NCBI GenBank assembly: GCA_965285935.1
Contig: OZ260662.1
Span: 24,738,001 to 24,802,000, forward strand
Length of the DNA: 64,000 nucleotides
Source of the DNA: Ophelia neglecta
Lineage: Eukaryota
Direction of reading: 5' to 3'
Both the position numbers and the translations under genes were made by a program. Positions 61,811-64,000 of this stretch are shown here, in pieces (position 1 is the first letter of the stretch; the number at the start of each line of letters is the position of its first letter). The notes below the pieces were generated by a model. That model ran no database searches, was not told the origin of the DNA, and saw only the letters and a list, made by a program, of their open reading frames with translations.

Positions 61811-64000
61811 TGCTACTTATGAAATTCAATATAGATGATTGTTTGAAGATAGCTTTCCTTGCTTCTGCTGCATAAGTATGATGCTAGCTGATTTTATTAT
61901 CGAAACTAGTCATGTGCCTAAACGGCGAATAATCTTTATATTGGCTTATCTTATCAGTACATGGCTGCTTCTTGCACCTGAAAATTGTCGAATTCACACT
62001 GCCTTTCATCCTAAAGAGATGACCGTAAATTCGCACATACCGCAAATCGTTGATTTGAGCAACAATATACAAATTCTTTCACGCCTGAATACAATTTTAC
62101 TTTCTATTGCAGAACCATGCATGGCGGTGCGCTGTCACCTAATTGTGTGAACAGTCCTTTCACTGAGAAGTCCACTGCAATGGAATATGTTTCCCAAATG
62201 GAATTTCATTCCTGCTGTTTTATGACATAGAGTTGGTACTTCATAGCGAAACGACCATAACTGGTACTTATGTTATTTTGGAGCTATTGTGTATATCAGT
62301 GAACCTATCAGCATAACTTATGTCGTAAGACATTGCCATTAAATCAACGGATCTATTCATCACTTACTGATATCTCTAGTGGAGACAATCTATCCAGCAC
62401 ATCTGTAAATCTACAGGTAAGTGACGGCATTTCATCAGTTTAAAAATAGTGCTGGTTGCCAATCTTTGGAACGGGCAAAATATAATACCAATTTCTTTTA
62501 CATTTCTATTTAAGGGTTTTAGATGTAAAAATCCTCAAATGACAAAAAAAAATTAATCAAAAGCATAACAAAATAGTTTGGTAAACAAAGTAATTGACTG
62601 TTATACATTCCTACAATAATAGTCATGTTATAGCTGTCCCATCGTGTTTATATACATATATATATAATTGACTGGATGTTTTGTAATGTGATGTGTGGAA
62701 CCTGTTCTTGTGAAAGGAAAGCTCGGATGATAGAAACAAGTCAGAAAAGGTCAATCCTGCACTACATGGCTTCTGTAATCAGCACCAACAAATATAATCG
62801 CATTTCTTATCAGCGGGAGTATTGTGCCACCTTTATGTATTTTAGTCTCAGTGGGCGGCACTGTTTACCGAGTGACTTTATATAATGAAAGTGTGCCAAT
62901 GGCTGAATGTGTCGCGAATCCGGGTTACCAGTTGGAATTTAAGTTAGTTTTATCACGTGTCTCAGCTGTTGAAATTCTAAGTTGAACTGACTGTTATACT
63001 CTGTATGGCAGTAAATACACATTGGTGCCTTAATAATAACTGCCTTGTCTATTGTTATGGTCGTCCTCGCCAAGGAGTTGGAATGGAGTTGATATCAGTG
63101 CAACGCTCTGCGTGGCAACCTGTATGTGCATAAAATCTCATTAACCTAATCCGCAGGTGATCAAGATAAGAACATTGGTGTTGGGAGCAACCTAGTAGAG
63201 CAAAGCAGATTTCTTTGGGTGTTGTGAGCAAAGTTCGTTTATGTCGAAGTGAGATTTAGAGTAATTAAACAGTAGTTCTATATTATTCGTGAAACAACGT
63301 CTCTCAAATATCCTTTTATACGTTATTTCGTGTTTAGAGGTTACATGAGATGCACAGGGACAATGTGCAAGCCTGTGACCTAGGAGACCCCCCCCCCCCC
63401 CGGGCAATATATGCATTCTTAGGCACTTATTTGAATGCACCAAAGTCTAAAAAACGTAACATATACTTTAAACTGCCATGTGTTTTAAAAAGCGAAATCA
63501 AAATTTAATCTTACTTTTTAAATGATTTGATAGATTTGCAAGCATAATATGGCAAACGTATAGCTGATTGCGTGTGTTTAAATAGTTATTACTTTGTGCT
63601 TACGTGCACCAATTTACTAAAATTGGGGATACCTATTTGACCGTCGGAGGTAACAAATTACCTACATTGTTTTGAAATTCTCTTTCCACGATTTCGTGTT
63701 CGAACATAATACAGCAATGTCTCGCTGGTCTTGGTTTAGGTTAGTAATCTGTGTTGAGTTGAGTGCAATAGACACTATGCCAGTTATAAAGCCTGGTTTT
63801 TTATATGACAGTTGGCACTTACCCCGCGATGTCATTTTTGGCTTTAGCAATTATCGTCACTTGACTTTCCCCTAGGAAATGAAGTGCAGAAAGTGCTATA
63901 AATATGGCAACAGCATCTTCCTTTCATACGAGTGATGTGCCCTTCATATCAGAGATACCCTCGGGTAAACTATTCCAGGTTTTTTTGTCGATGTGTCCTG

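Larger units (their letters stand above)
22090..63900 (+). pseudogene. Long tract of heavily decayed, tandem Sushi/CCP-module coding remnants interrupted by MITEs and repeats
   Basis: 22641-22685 ASGYHIMNGSKQIKS; 30483-30509 RLCDEYRT*; 33974-34000 KTVQFTCHK; 37312-37338 PNVCKLVSY; 41861-41908 FLGTSHQIGTASGVWS; 44372-44398 CVPGYRLKG inside a traceable full module; 48541-48672 NTCTC...LGSLKI...NWTS...CLTKIL*; 51421-51528 NG...DCSGPYY...AGLGIIPCTINNE*; 52542 NGQWN; ORF 54342 GYIPLSG...RWCQERSSGAW; 56999-57052 YACGFDGHDTVDRHRIT*; 61909-61932 VMCLNGE*; 62115-62135 PCMAVRC; 62917 NPGYQL then ITCLS. Stops often fall at consensus Trp/Cys positions. Confidence 0.65.

Noticed and set aside
1-64000. The short ORFs of the six-frame track as stand-alone genes
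   Set aside because: They are 60-160 aa, many rely on TTG/GTG starts, and the DNA is intron-containing eukaryotic sequence. Only those overlapping GST exons, LINE relics or Sushi remnants carry recognisable motifs.
1-64000. tRNA, rRNA or snRNA genes
   Set aside because: No cloverleaf, Pol III box pair or conserved rRNA/snRNA sequence was recognised by eye; a tRNAscan-SE or Infernal run would be needed to exclude them.

Overview
AT-rich eukaryotic (animal-type, spliceosomal-intron) genomic DNA; nearly all ORFs in the six-frame track are not genes. (1) One intact-looking five-exon sigma-class glutathione S-transferase gene on + (CDS 14867-14999, 17849-17941, 18148-18260, 18427-18537, 21142-21324; 210 aa), probably with a GC-AG intron. 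(2) A tandem, decayed paralogous GST pseudogene upstream (about 7309-9195). (3) Degenerate non-LTR retrotransposons: an RT relic at about 10.6-11.4 kb with a related fragment at 6.8 kb, and an L1/Tx1-like ORF1+endonuclease relic on the minus strand in GST intron 4. (4) MITE/foldback elements, a dispersed repeat family with about 10 pieces, recent tandem duplications, a hairpin minisatellite and many poly-G/C tracts. (5) The main observation: the apparent intergenic background across almost the whole window carries heavily decayed, plus-strand Sushi/CCP-module motifs (e.g. CVPGYRLKG, TVQFTC, SGVWS, NGQW, PCMAVRC). They are in correct order and spacing where I could trace a full module, and appear to run back-to-back without introns. 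They also occur directly upstream of the GST start codon and inside GST intron 1. This suggests the fossil of a very large Sushi-repeat array interleaved with the GST genes. The call was made by eye and needs a frameshift-aware profile search, since some chance Sushi-like matches also occur on the minus strand.
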